64,000 nt of DNA, from contig JBGPIA010000004.1 of the NCBI GenBank assembly GCA_041484665.1, positions 64,001-128,000 on the forward strand. The letters are read 5' to 3'. Shown one piece after another: positions 63,466 to 64,000 of this stretch; the first letter of the stretch is position 1, and each line of letters opens with the position of its first letter. Made by a program: the position numbers and the translations under genes. The DNA is from Candidatus Krumholzibacteriia bacterium (GTDB lineage: Bacteria; Krumholzibacteriota; Krumholzibacteriia; JAJRXK01). The notes under the pieces were generated by a model. It worked only from the letters and a program-made list of their open reading frames with translations, had not been told where the DNA came from and did no database searches.

Positions 63466-64000
63466 CTACTGCACCATCGTGACGGCGCGCGCGCGCACGC
63501 TGCCAGCCGCTTCCAGGCGCACCTGGTAGACCCCGCTCCCCAGGCGCGAGCCCGCATCGTCCCGGCCGTCGAACACGGTGCTGAACGCCCCAGCCGGCCG
63601 CCGTTCGTGCAGCAGCGTCCGTACACGCCGGCCGCGCGCGTCGAATACCGACAGATCCACAGCCCCGGCCGCGGGCAGCGTGAATGGGATGAGCGTGGCG
63701 GGGTTGAACGGATTGGGGACGTTGGCCGCAAGCGTCAGGCGTGCCGGGGCCGAGGTTGCATCGCTGACGGCGACCTCCCCGAGCCACTGTTCGGGCGACT
63801 GCGGGGTGGCGCCCAGCATGCGGTAGGTGCGCCGCCCGGCCAGGGGTGTGGGGTCGAAGACGGCCCCCTCACCCTGCGCCGCGGGCAGCGCCTGCACCAG
63901 CGCGTAGTCGCCCTGGCCGTCGCGGCGCTGCAGCAGCAGCTGCGTGAGCGTCCCCGCCTCGGGCAGGCGCCACTGCACCCTCACGCCGCCGGGCTGCGGC
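63466..64000 (-). CDS. C-terminal part of a secreted protein with FlgD-Ig/T9SS type A-like sorting domain (runs off window end)
   Basis: ANVPNPFNPATLIPFTL...VFDARGRRVRTL...FDGRDDAG..LGSGVY. Confidence 0.85.
   Translation of the reverse strand, partial: PQPGGVRVQWRLPEAGTLTQLLLQRRDGQGDYALVQALPAAQGEGAVFDPTPLAGRRTYRMLGATPQSPEQWLGEVAVSDATSAPARLTLAANVPNPFNPATLIPFTLPAAGAVDLSVFDARGRRVRTLLHERRPAGAFSTVFDGRDDAGSRLGSGVYQVRLEAAGSVRARAVTMVQ

Noticed and set aside
1..64000. Hundreds of long overlapping ORFs in the six-frame track (for example 13922-16030, 46491-48503, 51243-54005, 56196-58658 on +)
   Set aside because: Shadow ORFs typical of very high GC DNA; Arg/Ala/Pro-rich or antisense to genes with clear family motifs

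Overview
Very GC-rich (about 70% or more by eye) diderm bacterial chromosome segment. It has LPS glycosyltransferases, beta-barrels and FlgD/T9SS-like C-terminal domains, which suggests an uncultured FCB-group lineage such as Eisenbacteria, Krumholzibacteriota or Latescibacterota (inference only). Most of the window is housekeeping or envelope genes: serS (partial), pyrF-pyrE, a sigma54-type two-component system, an M16 peptidase pair, mpg, an ABC-2 exporter, ctpA, tmk, rsmI, a split NadE, trkAH, a broken ltaE, HU, TPR proteins, a GT9, rsgA, two PTS EIIA genes, bactofilin, a single-domain Clp-type ATPase, mrp, a GT2 and a STAS protein. No rRNA, tRNA, CRISPR array, integrase or transposase was seen. 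The best candidate for an undescribed system is a six-gene, all-exported operon at 46602-58385 (minus strand). It encodes a multi-OB-fold/Ig surface protein with a T9SS-like tail, a PorV/PorP-like barrel, a ComEA-type HhH-beta-barrel fusion, a FadL-like barrel, a stand-alone ComEC-type metallo-beta-lactamase lipoprotein and a 5'-nucleotidase, and it reads as an extracellular nucleic-acid capture and digestion locus with no SusC/D or pilus. Other highlights are a 77-nt structured RNA candidate with its own promoter and terminator (13597-13673), two secreted paralogs ending in a short SWGxVKSLY tail, and six sigma54-type promoters in front of envelope and cytoskeleton genes. All family calls come from motif recognition by eye; no database searches were run.
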